Below are positions 18,544 through 27,373 of a DNA stretch of 58,644 nt, piece by piece. The notes under the pieces were generated by a model. That model ran no database searches. It was given only the letters and a program-made list of their open reading frames with translations, and was not told the DNA's origin. Source of the stretch: a virus (Duplodnaviria > Caudoviricetes); IMG/VR virus record IMGVR_UViG_3300022895_000130, positions 1 to 58,644 of that record; one strand, 5' to 3'. Every line of letters begins with the position of its first letter. Position 1 is the first letter of the stretch. The position numbers were made by a program, and so were the translations under genes.

Positions 18544-18972
18544 TCAGAGGCAGTCGGATTTGCCTATCTGAAACTCGGCTACCGGTGAACTGGTTGAATC
18601 TTTGTACAGGAGGTCAACGGAAAGACCCGATTTCACGAATTGCCCTAACCCTTTTTCGTTACAGAATGCAGTAGCTGCAAGCGCTTTTGCGTCCTTGGTG
18701 AATTCATCAGAATCGATTTCGTCTTTCGTGACTTTTGTGAGTGTGTAAGAGATACGCATGACCTCATCGCTGTAGGTCACAGAATCGACGCGAGTTGACT
18801 CGTCAGATACTTTTCCGGACTGGGCGCCCATGATGAGTGCGAGTCCTTTGAGCTGGCGTTCCCGCTCCTCCTTTTTCTCTTCGGGGGCAGACTGTGTGTG
18901 CCATACCTGAGCCAAGATAAAGAGCAACGTCGTTGCCGAAAAAAAGATTATCAATCCGCGATATTGCTTCAA
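18544..18972 (-). CDS. membrane-anchored exported protein (moron)
   Basis: N-terminal TM; two Cys (FC...DC); own terminator. Confidence 0.7.
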   Translation of the reverse strand: MKQYRGLIIFFSATTLLFILAQVWHTQSAPEEKKEERERQLKGLALIMGAQSGKVSDESTRVDSVTYSDEVMRISYTLTKVTKDEIDSDEFTKDAKALAATAFCNEKGLGQFVKSGLSVDLLYKDSTSSPVAEFQIGKSDCL

Positions 18973-19105
18973 CTGAGATCACCGTAGCGAAAGGCCATCA
19001 TCTATTGGACCATGCCGATTGCACCATCTCAAGTTGGAAAACGTCATAGCGAAGCGGTGGGGCCGGCGGTGGAGTCTTATTCCAAGCCACCGGCAACGGG
19101 CATGG

Positions 19106-19240
19106 TCACTCTACGGTGCAGATCCAGAGATGGTTATGCCGGTATGGCGCGCGAGTAAAGTGAACATCTGAAACCAGATTCATGCCTCGCTCTTGCAGCG
19201 CTTCGGTCAGTTGTACGAGTGTCTCTGCTTGGATAGTCAT
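19106..19240 (-). CDS. small hypothetical protein (44 aa, MTIQAETLVQ...)
   Basis: Manually translated; GAGG RBS. Confidence 0.55.
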   Translation of the reverse strand: MTIQAETLVQLTEALQERGMNLVSDVHFTRAPYRHNHLWICTVE

Positions 19241-19656
19241 TGCTGTCACCTCGTCAGATTTACTGCGTTCATAATTCTTGACCGAGCGGGCAAGTTGCTA
19301 ATTCATTTTTTCTACTTCTGCGATTGTTCAATCCATACCGCAGAGCGCTCCCTGACTGTCCCCTTCATCTGAGATTTAGGGCAAGGAGTGCTCTGCGCTA
19401 TGGATTGATGCCGCTTAAAAAAAGCGGCATCAGTAACTCTTTGGGAATTGCTCGCGCCTCCTACCGGGTCATTCGCCAGTTCGGTCAACACCTCGTCCGC
19501 CGTCGCAGTTCTGCGCGTTGGTAGCCTTTCGGGGCTATCGGATCGCTGGTCGCCAGTAGTGGCAGCGCGATTTTGTTCACCTGACTTCATCTCGCCCCAC
19601 AGGTGTGGCCGGGGCTGACCTCCCAGCGTGAGCCGGGTAATCGTTTATGGCGCGGG

Positions 19657-19669
19657 TTGTTAAAGAGCG
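19657..19669 (-). promoter_or_regulatory. boxA antitermination element (nutL-like)
   Basis: CGCTCTTTAACAA on the minus strand just downstream of pL. Confidence 0.75.
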
Positions 19670-19714
19670 GCGCGGCTTTCGCTGCTGGGCCGTTGCTGTC
19701 TTGGCTTGCGAATA

Positions 19715-19754
19715 AAAGTAGCAGTGCTGCTATTTAAAGTAAATAGCGCTGCTA
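19715..19754 (-). promoter_or_regulatory. pL promoter with two OL operators
   Basis: TTTACT-N17-TACTTT; TAGCAGTGCTGCTA (19719-19732) and AAATAGCGCTGCTA (19741-19754). Confidence 0.75.
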
Positions 19755-19909
19755 ATAATAATTTTCTCGCACACGGAAGGAGCCCGCGTTTGGCGGGCGT
19801 CATAGGGGAGGGGCGCAGCGAAACTTTTTATTGCACCGTCAGTCGCCGACATCGAACCGCCACCTAACGTGCGGCCTCTACCGACTCACAGATCATTAGG
19901 TGAATCGCC

Positions 19910-20131
19910 ATGAGAGTCGAAGAGAAACAAAAAGCACTGTCTGCTTGGCGCAAGCTGTTCGAGGAGCCCGAGCTCAGGATGGATGCCGAAGAGCAGTACG
20001 ATGAGTTGCTCAAAATGGCAGACGCCATGGAGCAAGATGGCTTGATCACTGCAGGTGAGTGGCGTCAGCTGGTCAGAGAGGCTGGTACGAGGTTCGCTCA
20101 AGCAACTGAAGGGCTCGGAGGCGGAACGTAG
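19910..20131 (+). CDS. hypothetical protein
   Basis: 73 aa helical ORF, AGGTG RBS. Confidence 0.7.
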   Translation: MRVEEKQKALSAWRKLFEEPELRMDAEEQYDELLKMADAMEQDGLITAGEWRQLVREAGTRFAQATEGLGGGT

Positions 20132-20198
20132 GAGGGGGGCAGGAAGCTCGGCCTTGAACGGAAGTATTGCGCTTGATCGGAAAGGCTGGGGTGCCGAC

Positions 20199-20226
20199 TT
20201 GCTGCAAATCTAGGGCGTGCTATTAT
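20199..20226 (+). promoter_or_regulatory. putative sigma70 promoter of the two-gene cassette
   Basis: TTGCTG-N16-TATTAT with TGn extension. Confidence 0.45.
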
Positions 20227-20279
20227 CGGTTAACGGTGAAAAAACAAAGAAAATCCAGATTGCGGGAATCGATCAAAAT

Positions 20280-20975
20280 ATGACCAAGGTAGATATTCAA
20301 GAAGAAGTTGAAAGCTTACTGGTAGCTCATTTCCCAAGAGATTTTTGGGTCAGAGCGTTGGATGACCTGCATGCGGCATATGGTATGGCGTACGACACCA
20401 TGACCGTTCGTTTGCAGCTTCATAAACATGAACTTTTGCGGGCTTTGCCGCAGGCTCGTCACTACAAACTGAGCTCAACCATGCGGAGCATCGCTGAGTC
20501 GTCTGGGCTTGAAGTGCTAGATTTGAAGGCAGATAACTCGGGAGAGAATTACGTTGTATTACGATCTGGACCTCTTCAGCTTGGTCGAATTGGCGTGAAT
20601 CAAGGTAGCTCGCTGCCTCGGGGGGCGAAGCATCGAGCGCTGATTGCAGCATTGAACGCAAGGCTTGAGGGTGTCACACATGATTTGTTTTCGCCGACTG
20701 TTCACATGATTCCCTCAAGCACGCTTGGATTACTCTTGGTTAACGTAAATCCTAAGCAGAACCTCGATCAGGACCGGATGATTGATCTTCAAGTCGGCGT
20801 TCCATACAGCGATCTTTCAGGATGGCACTATCTTCAGCCATGTTCGAAAGTTTTGACAAAGTATTCAGACCTGCCTGCGGTAGAAGAGCCGATGGTACTG
20901 ACAGATAAAGCGGTTATTCGATTGAAAGAAGTAATTAGCGAAATCGAAGCATTGGAATCCAGAGATAAGTCATGA
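20280..20975 (+). CDS. hypothetical protein, candidate toxin partner of the XRE-ImmA/IrrE gene
   Basis: Lower GC; ATGA overlap with the peptidase gene; start could be GTG 20217. Confidence 0.7.
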   Translation: MTKVDIQEEVESLLVAHFPRDFWVRALDDLHAAYGMAYDTMTVRLQLHKHELLRALPQARHYKLSSTMRSIAESSGLEVLDLKADNSGENYVVLRSGPLQLGRIGVNQGSSLPRGAKHRALIAALNARLEGVTHDLFSPTVHMIPSSTLGLLLVNVNPKQNLDQDRMIDLQVGVPYSDLSGWHYLQPCSKVLTKYSDLPAVEEPMVLTDKAVIRLKEVISEIEALESRDKS

Positions 20976-22159
20976 GAGTCGGCGTTTCAGGTTTTGTCCC
21001 TGCTCGCCTCACTCAGGCGCGAGTATTGGCTTCATTGACCAGGCTTGAGTTGAGCGAGCGCATCGGTAAATCCTCTTCTTCTATTTCGCGATGGGAGAAA
21101 GGAGAGAGCGCTCCCGAGTCAGAGGCTCTTGAAAGTATTTCTTTTGTACTTGGTTTTCCGGTTGCCTGGTTTACTCGTCCAATCTCCAGCAAACCACTAT
21201 CGCCCGTTTTTTATAGAACACTAGCGAGCACTAGTAGCGATCTGCGTGGGAAAGCTGGAACAAAGATGGACTGGCTGCAGGAGATTGCTGGCTATTTTTC
21301 TACTTGGCTCGACTGGCCAGAATTGAATTTACCTAGTTGCGAGGTTACCGATCACCGAGAGTTAGATTTTCCCGAAATAGCGAGAACTGCTTTAAAGTGT
21401 AGGGAGATGTGGGGTCTTGGACTCGGTCCGATAGCTGACTTGTCCATGGCAGCAGAGGGTGCTGGGATAATCTGTGCTCACGTCCATCAAGGCAACACCA
21501 AAATGGACGGTCTGTCTCAGTGGGACGAGTCTCAGAAAAGACCTTTTATTTTGCTTTCTAACGATAAGGGTAATTATTACCGCTCTAGATTCGACCTCGC
21601 ACATGAGATCGGTCATGTAGTTCTTCACAAAAATATTAAGACATTTGACATTTTGCATCTCAAAGAGATTGAAAAGCAGGCAAATTATTTTGCAAGTTGT
21701 CTGTTGCTGCCTGAGGAACTTCTGTCTGTAGAGCTTCCTAGATACCCATCTCTAGAGAATTTGCTTTCGCTGAAGCGGAGATGGAATGTCTCTGTAGCTG
21801 CAATCATTTACCGAGCTGAGAAATTGCTACTAATAAGTGAGCAGGAGGCGTTAAGGCTTAGGAAAAGCTACTCCGCTCGCGGGTGGATGAAGGGCGAACC
21901 ACTCGATACTGATTATGCTCTAGAGAGCGTTCGGTTAATGCCGAGAGCAATAAACGCCATTTTGGATGCGAATATAAAAACAAAGGTCACGATAGTTCGA
22001 GACTTGATGATGCCTGTGAAGGATGTTGAGCAGCTTTGCGGACTCGCTGACGGTTTTCTAGCATTTCAGCCTAAGATACTTAGTAATCCACTTCCGAAGC
22101 TTAAGAGCCCCCAAAATGAATCAGGCTCTAATGTGATCGAGTTTAAAAAGAAAGGTTAA
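20972..22159 (+). CDS. XRE-HTH plus ImmA/IrrE (M78) Zn-metallopeptidase fusion
   Basis: ISRWEKGESAP HTH; RSRFDLAHEIGHVVLH; E.QANYFASCLLLP; LKRRWNVSVAAI. Confidence 0.92.
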   Translation: MRVGVSGFVPARLTQARVLASLTRLELSERIGKSSSSISRWEKGESAPESEALESISFVLGFPVAWFTRPISSKPLSPVFYRTLASTSSDLRGKAGTKMDWLQEIAGYFSTWLDWPELNLPSCEVTDHRELDFPEIARTALKCREMWGLGLGPIADLSMAAEGAGIICAHVHQGNTKMDGLSQWDESQKRPFILLSNDKGNYYRSRFDLAHEIGHVVLHKNIKTFDILHLKEIEKQANYFASCLLLPEELLSVELPRYPSLENLLSLKRRWNVSVAAIIYRAEKLLLISEQEALRLRKSYSARGWMKGEPLDTDYALESVRLMPRAINAILDANIKTKVTIVRDLMMPVKDVEQLCGLADGFLAFQPKILSNPLPKLKSPQNESGSNVIEFKKKG

Positions 22160-22258
22160 ATTCATGCTTAGGGCTGGGGTGCGAACTGCCCGCAGCTTTT
22201 TGTAAGGTGGGAAGAAATCAGCGCTAGGTCTAAAGTCTTCGCTCAATCTTTCCCGCTT

Positions 22259-22480
22259 TCACCTCTTGTCCGTACCGTATAAATGGTTGAGCAGCATCAA
22301 CTCAACCACAGCCACGAAAACGCACAACACGAGGAATCCAGCGCTGAAAACGCGCTTGCGATCGGTCGAGCCTCCGCCATCCCAGCTAACGCCCGATTCG
22401 CTTGCAGTCAGCATCAGGAAGACCAGCCAAACTAGGGCCCATACCTTGCCCCAGAAGCTCAGATTTCTGAATGAGGTCAT
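22259..22480 (-). CDS. small two-TM membrane protein downstream of cI
   Basis: Two hydrophobic stretches; same strand as cI. Confidence 0.55.
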   Translation of the reverse strand: MTSFRNLSFWGKVWALVWLVFLMLTASESGVSWDGGGSTDRKRVFSAGFLVLCVFVAVVELMLLNHLYGTDKR

Positions 22481-22562
22481 TCTAGTTTTCCGTGTCCTGC
22501 TCAATTCGGCCGATCATTATTGCTTCTGCATAATCCGCCATCTTGTCCTGAGGTCCCGGACG

Positions 22563-23351
22563 TCAGCGCGAATACATCGCCCACCAGAACACATGCCCCA
22601 GGATCGAGATCTGCTGTTCCTGGATCTGTTGGAACGTGTAGTCCTCGTCCGGATGCTCGTCGCGATTGAAGCTCCGTAGGCGAACGCCGGTAGGGGTGCG
22701 GTACACCTGCTTCACGCGAAGCTGACCGTTGTGGTTGATGGCGTACATCTCGCCGTCGACGATATCACTCAGTGAGTTTTTCCCGACGTTCACGCCAACC
22801 GTGGCGCCGTCACGCAGCACGGGCATCATGCTGTTCCCGCCGACCTTCACACACCTCGCGTTGCTGAACTGAACGCCGTTGTGGCGCAGATCCTTCTTGT
22901 TGAAGCGTAGTCGCGAGTTCGCGCTTTCCTCAATCGCAAACTTGCCAGATCCGGCTGCCAGTTCGACTTCATGAAGGAAGGGGACGTAGACCTCATCGTC
23001 ATCGAGCGGGGTTTCATCGTCCCAAGTCTCGATATTCCCTAATTTGACACTAGGTTGGATGCGCTCTTGCTGCACATTGGCTACGGTGGAGACCAGTCGA
23101 GAGCTGACCTCACTCGCGTCGAAATTTAAAGCCTTCGCGAGTTTCAGCAGTGCTTCTACGTTCAGCGGCACCTTGCCGGTTGCGTATTGACTGAAAGCAC
23201 TTTGGCCAGACCAGCCACAAGCCTCGGCCACATCCGCCTGCGTCAGGCTACGCCCGGCAGCTTTTGCAGCTGATTTCCGCTGTTCGTAGATGGCCTTGAG
23301 CCTGGCGCTCTCGGCGATTTCTTCGGGGGTAAGGGGGCGGCGTATTTTCAT
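22563..23351 (-). CDS. cI: CI-like repressor (HTH plus S24 peptidase)
   Basis: LTQADVAEACGWSGQSAFSQY HTH; AAG cleavage site, GNSM.P Ser, LRVK Lys. Confidence 0.93.
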   Translation of the reverse strand: MKIRRPLTPEEIAESARLKAIYEQRKSAAKAAGRSLTQADVAEACGWSGQSAFSQYATGKVPLNVEALLKLAKALNFDASEVSSRLVSTVANVQQERIQPSVKLGNIETWDDETPLDDDEVYVPFLHEVELAAGSGKFAIEESANSRLRFNKKDLRHNGVQFSNARCVKVGGNSMMPVLRDGATVGVNVGKNSLSDIVDGEMYAINHNGQLRVKQVYRTPTGVRLRSFNRDEHPDEDYTFQQIQEQQISILGHVFWWAMYSR

Positions 23352-23358
23352 ACGAACA

Positions 23359-23437
23359 AGAGTATTAGCAGAGCTGATATCCAAGCAAACAGCGCTGCTA
23401 GTATTTTGTTGCTGATAAAAAGCAGCACTGCTACTAT
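23359..23437. promoter_or_regulatory. OR region with three operators, pR and pRM
   Basis: TAGCAGnnCTGCTA-like sites at 23366-23379, 23387-23400, 23420-23433; pR TTGCTG-N17-TACTAT; pRM TTGCTT-N18-TACTCT on the minus strand. Confidence 0.75.
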
Positions 23438-23467
23438 CCATGGCAGATATCAAGCCGTGGAAATTCC

Positions 23468-23671
23468 ATGAAAAAGATCCCTTTGAGCAAATACCTAGAT
23501 GAGCACGGCACTCAAGCCGCGCTCGCTGCTGCTCTCGGCGTGAACCAGAGCGCGATCTCGCAAATGGTTCGAGCCGGCAGAAGCATCGAAATCACCATTT
23601 ATGACGATGGGCGCATTGAGGCGAATGAGATCCGCCCGATCCCAGCGCGCCCCAAGCGCACAGCAGCCTGA
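23468..23671 (+). CDS. cro: Cro-like repressor
   Basis: GTQAALAAALGVNQSAISQMVR HTH; divergent from cI. Confidence 0.9.
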   Translation: MKKIPLSKYLDEHGTQAALAAALGVNQSAISQMVRAGRSIEITIYDDGRIEANEIRPIPARPKRTAA

Positions 23672-23752
23672 GGCATTCACCGCTAGCTGCCTGAACAAAT
23701 AATCGCCCAGGCAATGGCAGGGCGCCACGGAAACAAATTTGAGGTTTTACGA

Positions 23753-24175
23753 ATGGAAGATTTTCTGCGGGCCTGCCAGAGCGCTGTGCTGGATAACGAA
23801 GCCAAGACCCTCGCTGCAAAGATGGGCGTTCCGCACGTTGGCCTGCTTCAGCGCGCAAATCCGGACAACGACGCACACCGCCTGACGGTGGAGCACTTGT
23901 TCGGGATCTTGCTACATACCGGAGACATGCGCCCTCTGGCGACACTGGCGAGTGAATTTGGTTTCGACCTCGTAGCGAAAGCTGCGCCGGAGCCACAAGC
24001 GCTGACCAAATCACTGATTAACGTCGGCAAAGAGGTCGCCGATCTGACTATCGCGGTGCACCAAGCGCTGGATGACAACCACGTCAGTTCTTTCGAGAAA
24101 AACTTGATCCGTCAGGAGATCAACCACGTTCGGCAGAGCCTGGACGTGATGGATGCCTCGGTGAAGGCTGCCTGA
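23753..24175 (+). CDS. phage CII-family regulator
   Basis: LAAKMG....L...ANP....H.LT motif; position after cro; GAGG RBS. Confidence 0.75.
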   Translation: MEDFLRACQSAVLDNEAKTLAAKMGVPHVGLLQRANPDNDAHRLTVEHLFGILLHTGDMRPLATLASEFGFDLVAKAAPEPQALTKSLINVGKEVADLTIAVHQALDDNHVSSFEKNLIRQEINHVRQSLDVMDASVKAA

Positions 24176-24239
24176 ATCCAGGGCACAAAAAAGCCGACGG
24201 AGAAGGTCGGCTGATTCGCAAAACTAGAGAGGCCCGATT

Positions 24240-24353
24240 ATGCAGAGCCAACCCAATTCCAGCAATACCACGAACAGTGTCGCGACACGTTTTCAGAATT
24301 CTCAAAACGTGTCGCGAGCTTTTGTCTTTTCCGTTCTCGTCAGGAACACCTGA
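24240..24353 (+). CDS. 37-aa mini-ORF, possible remnant of an accessory regulator gene
   Basis: MQSQPNSSNTTNSVATRFQNSQNVSRAFVFSVLVRNT; GAGAGG RBS; ends 1 nt before the replication gene. Confidence 0.4.
   Translation: MQSQPNSSNTTNSVATRFQNSQNVSRAFVFSVLVRNT
24280..24317. repeat. TCGCGACAC-N20-GTGTCGCGA element, copy 2 of 3
   Basis: 14-bp perfect inverted arms here. Confidence 0.85.
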
Positions 24354-24354
24354 C

Positions 24355-25326
24355 ATGCAGTTCACCGTCACGATCAATCAGGTGAAGGCACTGGAATGGG
24401 GGCTGAATTCTCAGCAGGCCCTGCTGTTCGCCTTCGTCTACGGCTGCCCGAGCTGGACCAAGCCAATCAAGACTGACGACGGGATCTTCTTCGCGTTGAG
24501 CAAGGCCAAGATCATCGAAGAGCTGCCGTTGCTCACCGATAAGCCAGACACCGCGTACCGCATGCTGAAGGCCTTGGAAGAGGCCGGTCTGATTGAGCTT
24601 TCCAGTACTTCGAACATCACGCTGTTCCGACTGACTGAGAAGGCGATCGAGTGGAACCAGAAGCTGGACGGGTCGGAAAAATATCCGACCCCACCGAAGA
24701 ACGAAGGTCGGAAAAAAATCCGATCTACCTCGGAAAAAAATCCGAGCAAGGTCGGAGAAAAATCCGAGCCAGGGTCGGAAAAATCTCCGACAAATCAGGA
24801 TACCAATCATCAGGATACCAATCAGGAAACCAGTCAGGACTTGCAGAGCGGCTCCGGCAAGCCGGCCCGCAACCTGGTGCTGGTGGTTGATCGCGTCGAT
24901 GCTCCACGGGTTGAGATCCCCGCTGACATGCCGGGCCCCAAAGACCAGTCCTGCAAAACCTTCAAAGTCTGGGCGAACTACGCCATGGCCTACCGCAAGC
25001 GCTACAGCACCTGGCCGGTGTGGAACGCCAAAGTCGGCGGGCAGCTCGGTCGACTCGTCGACCGGCTCGGTGCCGATGTTGCCCACCACGTTGCCGCTCA
25101 CTACCTGAAGACCAGCGACGCCGGCGTCCTGCGCAAGTGCCACAGCCTCAACGAGCTGCTGGTCAACGCCGAGAGCTACCACACCCAGTGGGTAACTGGT
25201 CAGCGTATCAACGGGACGACCGCCCGCCAGATGGAGCGCACCGAGGCAAACGTCTCCGCTGCCGAGCAAGCCGCGCAAATGGTCTTGGCCAAGCGCCAAG
25301 GAGGAGAGCGCAATGAATACCTCTGA
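24355..25326 (+). CDS. phage replication initiator (O-like)
   Basis: N-terminal winged-HTH-like region; internal iterons; position. Confidence 0.8.
   Translation: MQFTVTINQVKALEWGLNSQQALLFAFVYGCPSWTKPIKTDDGIFFALSKAKIIEELPLLTDKPDTAYRMLKALEEAGLIELSSTSNITLFRLTEKAIEWNQKLDGSEKYPTPPKNEGRKKIRSTSEKNPSKVGEKSEPGSEKSPTNQDTNHQDTNQETSQDLQSGSGKPARNLVLVVDRVDAPRVEIPADMPGPKDQSCKTFKVWANYAMAYRKRYSTWPVWNAKVGGQLGRLVDRLGADVAHHVAAHYLKTSDAGVLRKCHSLNELLVNAESYHTQWVTGQRINGTTARQMERTEANVSAAEQAAQMVLAKRQGGERNEYL
24673..24840. repeat. probable replication origin: five TCGGA-N6-TCCGA iterons plus TCAGGA(T/A)ACCA repeats
   Basis: Iterons start at 24673, 24708, 24730, 24752, 24775. Confidence 0.85.
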
Positions 25327-26110
25327 AATGAACGATCAGCAGGTCGCCGGGCTCGCCGCTGCGATCTGCGCCACCGCCGAGGCAATGGGTCAGGAAATGA
25401 ACCCAGGCACTGCCGCGATGATGGCCGAAGACCTCTGCGCTTACTCGGTGCCCGTCGTGAAGGCCGCGCTGAAGGCCTGCCGGTTCGAAGTGAAAGGCAA
25501 GCTGGCGATGGCCGACATTCTCCAGCGGGTGCAGGCCGCCGACGGTCGCCCGGGCAAGGATGAAGCATGGGCGATCGCTATGACCACGAATGACGAGTTC
25601 GAAACCGTGGTGCTGACCGACGAAATCCAACTCGCGCTGGCTGCCGCAAAACCAGTCCTCGATGCCGGCGACAAGGTCGGTGCGCGCATGGCGTTCAACA
25701 GCGCTTACGAGCGACTGGTGGGACAGGCCCGGGAGGACAACAAACAGGTGAACTGGCATGTCTCTGTCGGCTTTGATGCCGACCGCCGCACGCAGGCAAT
25801 CACCAAGGCTGTACAGATGCAACGGATTCCGCAGGAGCGCGCCCAGCAATACCTGGCCGACTTGAGTGTCGCGCCAGTCACCGAAGACGGCCGGGCGGTC
25901 GTTGCGCTGCTCACCGGCGATGTCGCGCGTCCATCTTCGAAGCTTCGGGAAAGACTCGCTGCGGTGAAGGACTCGATGCTCGCCATGCGTAAAGCATCAG
26001 CAGAGGAACAAACAGAACTGCGAATTCTGGCAGCCAACGAGCTGGCGGATCGCCGGGCGCTGCTCATTCAGCAGGCCGAACAATTGAAAGCAAGGAGCGC
26101 GGCTCAATGA
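25313..26110 (+). CDS. putative helicase loader (P-position replication protein)
   Basis: Overlaps initiator; L..ADI...DGRP..DEAWA motif; positional call. Confidence 0.55.
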   Translation: MNTSEMNDQQVAGLAAAICATAEAMGQEMNPGTAAMMAEDLCAYSVPVVKAALKACRFEVKGKLAMADILQRVQAADGRPGKDEAWAIAMTTNDEFETVVLTDEIQLALAAAKPVLDAGDKVGARMAFNSAYERLVGQAREDNKQVNWHVSVGFDADRRTQAITKAVQMQRIPQERAQQYLADLSVAPVTEDGRAVVALLTGDVARPSSKLRERLAAVKDSMLAMRKASAEEQTELRILAANELADRRALLIQQAEQLKARSAAQ

Positions 26111-26370
26111 CCGATATCACTGACCAGAAAAAGCAGGCTGAGGCCGGCTTCAAAAACTTCCACCGCAGGCTTTGCGAGCGCTTCGGTTACTGCCACGACG
26201 AGATCGACTGGCAGCGTGACCAGGTTTCGCTGGAGGAACACATCGCCGCGCAGTTCAGCCATGTCAGCGCTGAGAATGCTGCGCTACGCGGGCAGGTTGG
26301 GGCATTGCAGCGCGCTGCTGGCCAGCTCCAGGAGCAGGTCGAGGCTCTGGGCGTGAAGGTGATGCCATGA
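26107..26370 (+). CDS. phage hypothetical protein
   Basis: ATGA overlaps on both sides. Confidence 0.7.
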   Translation: MTDITDQKKQAEAGFKNFHRRLCERFGYCHDEIDWQRDQVSLEEHIAAQFSHVSAENAALRGQVGALQRAAGQLQEQVEALGVKVMP

Positions 26371-26768
26371 ATCCCGAATACACGATCCGTGACCAACGCG
26401 ACATCAACCGCCTGGCGGGTGTCCTGCACGCCATCGACCTCAGCAAGCCGAAGGTGGTGGTGATCCGCGATGAGAAGCGACCGGACGTATGCAACCGCAA
26501 GATGTGGGCAATGCTCAAGGACGTGTCCGAGCAGGTGGTCTGGCACGGCAAGAAGCTGACCAGTGAAGACTGGAAGTGCCTCTTCAGTGCCTCGCTGGAG
26601 AAGCAGCGCGCAGAGCCTGGCCTCGACGGTGGCTTCGTGGTGATGGCCGTATCGACCCGCAAGCAGTCGCAGAGGTGGTTCAGCGATCTGTTCGAGCTGA
26701 TGCATGCCTTCGGCGCCGAGCATGGTGTGCGGTGGACTGAGCAGGACAAGTGGGGAGGGCGGTACTGA
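26367..26768 (+). CDS. ninB: NinB/Orf recombination protein
   Basis: N.KMWAML.DVS.QV.WHG..L..EDWK.LF motif. Confidence 0.9.
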   Translation: MNPEYTIRDQRDINRLAGVLHAIDLSKPKVVVIRDEKRPDVCNRKMWAMLKDVSEQVVWHGKKLTSEDWKCLFSASLEKQRAEPGLDGGFVVMAVSTRKQSQRWFSDLFELMHAFGAEHGVRWTEQDKWGGRY

Positions 26769-27373
26769 TGCGGACTGCCATCAAGGAAGTGAAGCAGAAG
26801 AGCTGCAAGGCCTGCGGCGACAAGTTCCGGCCGTCACTCTCGACGCAGAAGGCCTGCAGCGTGAAGTGTGCGCTGGACCTGGCCAAACAGCCGGCGAACC
26901 AGCAGGTTGCACGGAAGGCGATCGATCAGCGTGACCGCCGAGAGATCAAGGTCCGCAAGGAGAAGCTGAAGAGCAGGGCAGATCACCTGCGCGAAGCCCA
27001 GGCAGCGGTGAACGAATACGTCCGTCTGCGTGACGCGCACCTGCCGTGCATCAGCTGCGACTCGATGCCGAACGACAGCGACCTCATGACCGGCAGCCGC
27101 TGGGACGCCGGCCATTACCGATCCGTCGGCGCCTGCCCGGAGCTGCGCTTCGAGCCGCTGAACATTCACCGCCAGTGCGTGAAGTGCAACCGCAACCTGT
27201 CCGGTAACGCGGTCGAGTACCGCATCCGGCTGGTGCTGCGCATCGGCGCCGAAACCGTGGCATGGCTCGAAGGGCCTCATCAGCCCCGCAAGTACACCGT
27301 CGAAGAAATCAAAACCATTAAGGCCGAGTACCGGGCCAAGACCCGCGAACTGAAGAAGGGGCAGGCAGCATGA
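26768..27373 (+). CDS. ninG: NinG/Rap endonuclease
   Basis: RLRD...PCISC, DAGHYRS.GA.PELRF...NIH.QC..CN. Confidence 0.92.
   Translation: MRTAIKEVKQKSCKACGDKFRPSLSTQKACSVKCALDLAKQPANQQVARKAIDQRDRREIKVRKEKLKSRADHLREAQAAVNEYVRLRDAHLPCISCDSMPNDSDLMTGSRWDAGHYRSVGACPELRFEPLNIHRQCVKCNRNLSGNAVEYRIRLVLRIGAETVAWLEGPHQPRKYTVEEIKTIKAEYRAKTRELKKGQAA

Noticed and set aside
24673-24840. CRISPR-like repeat array
   Set aside because: Spacers are only 6-19 bp, the repeats are inside a CDS, and no cas genes are present; they fit origin iterons.
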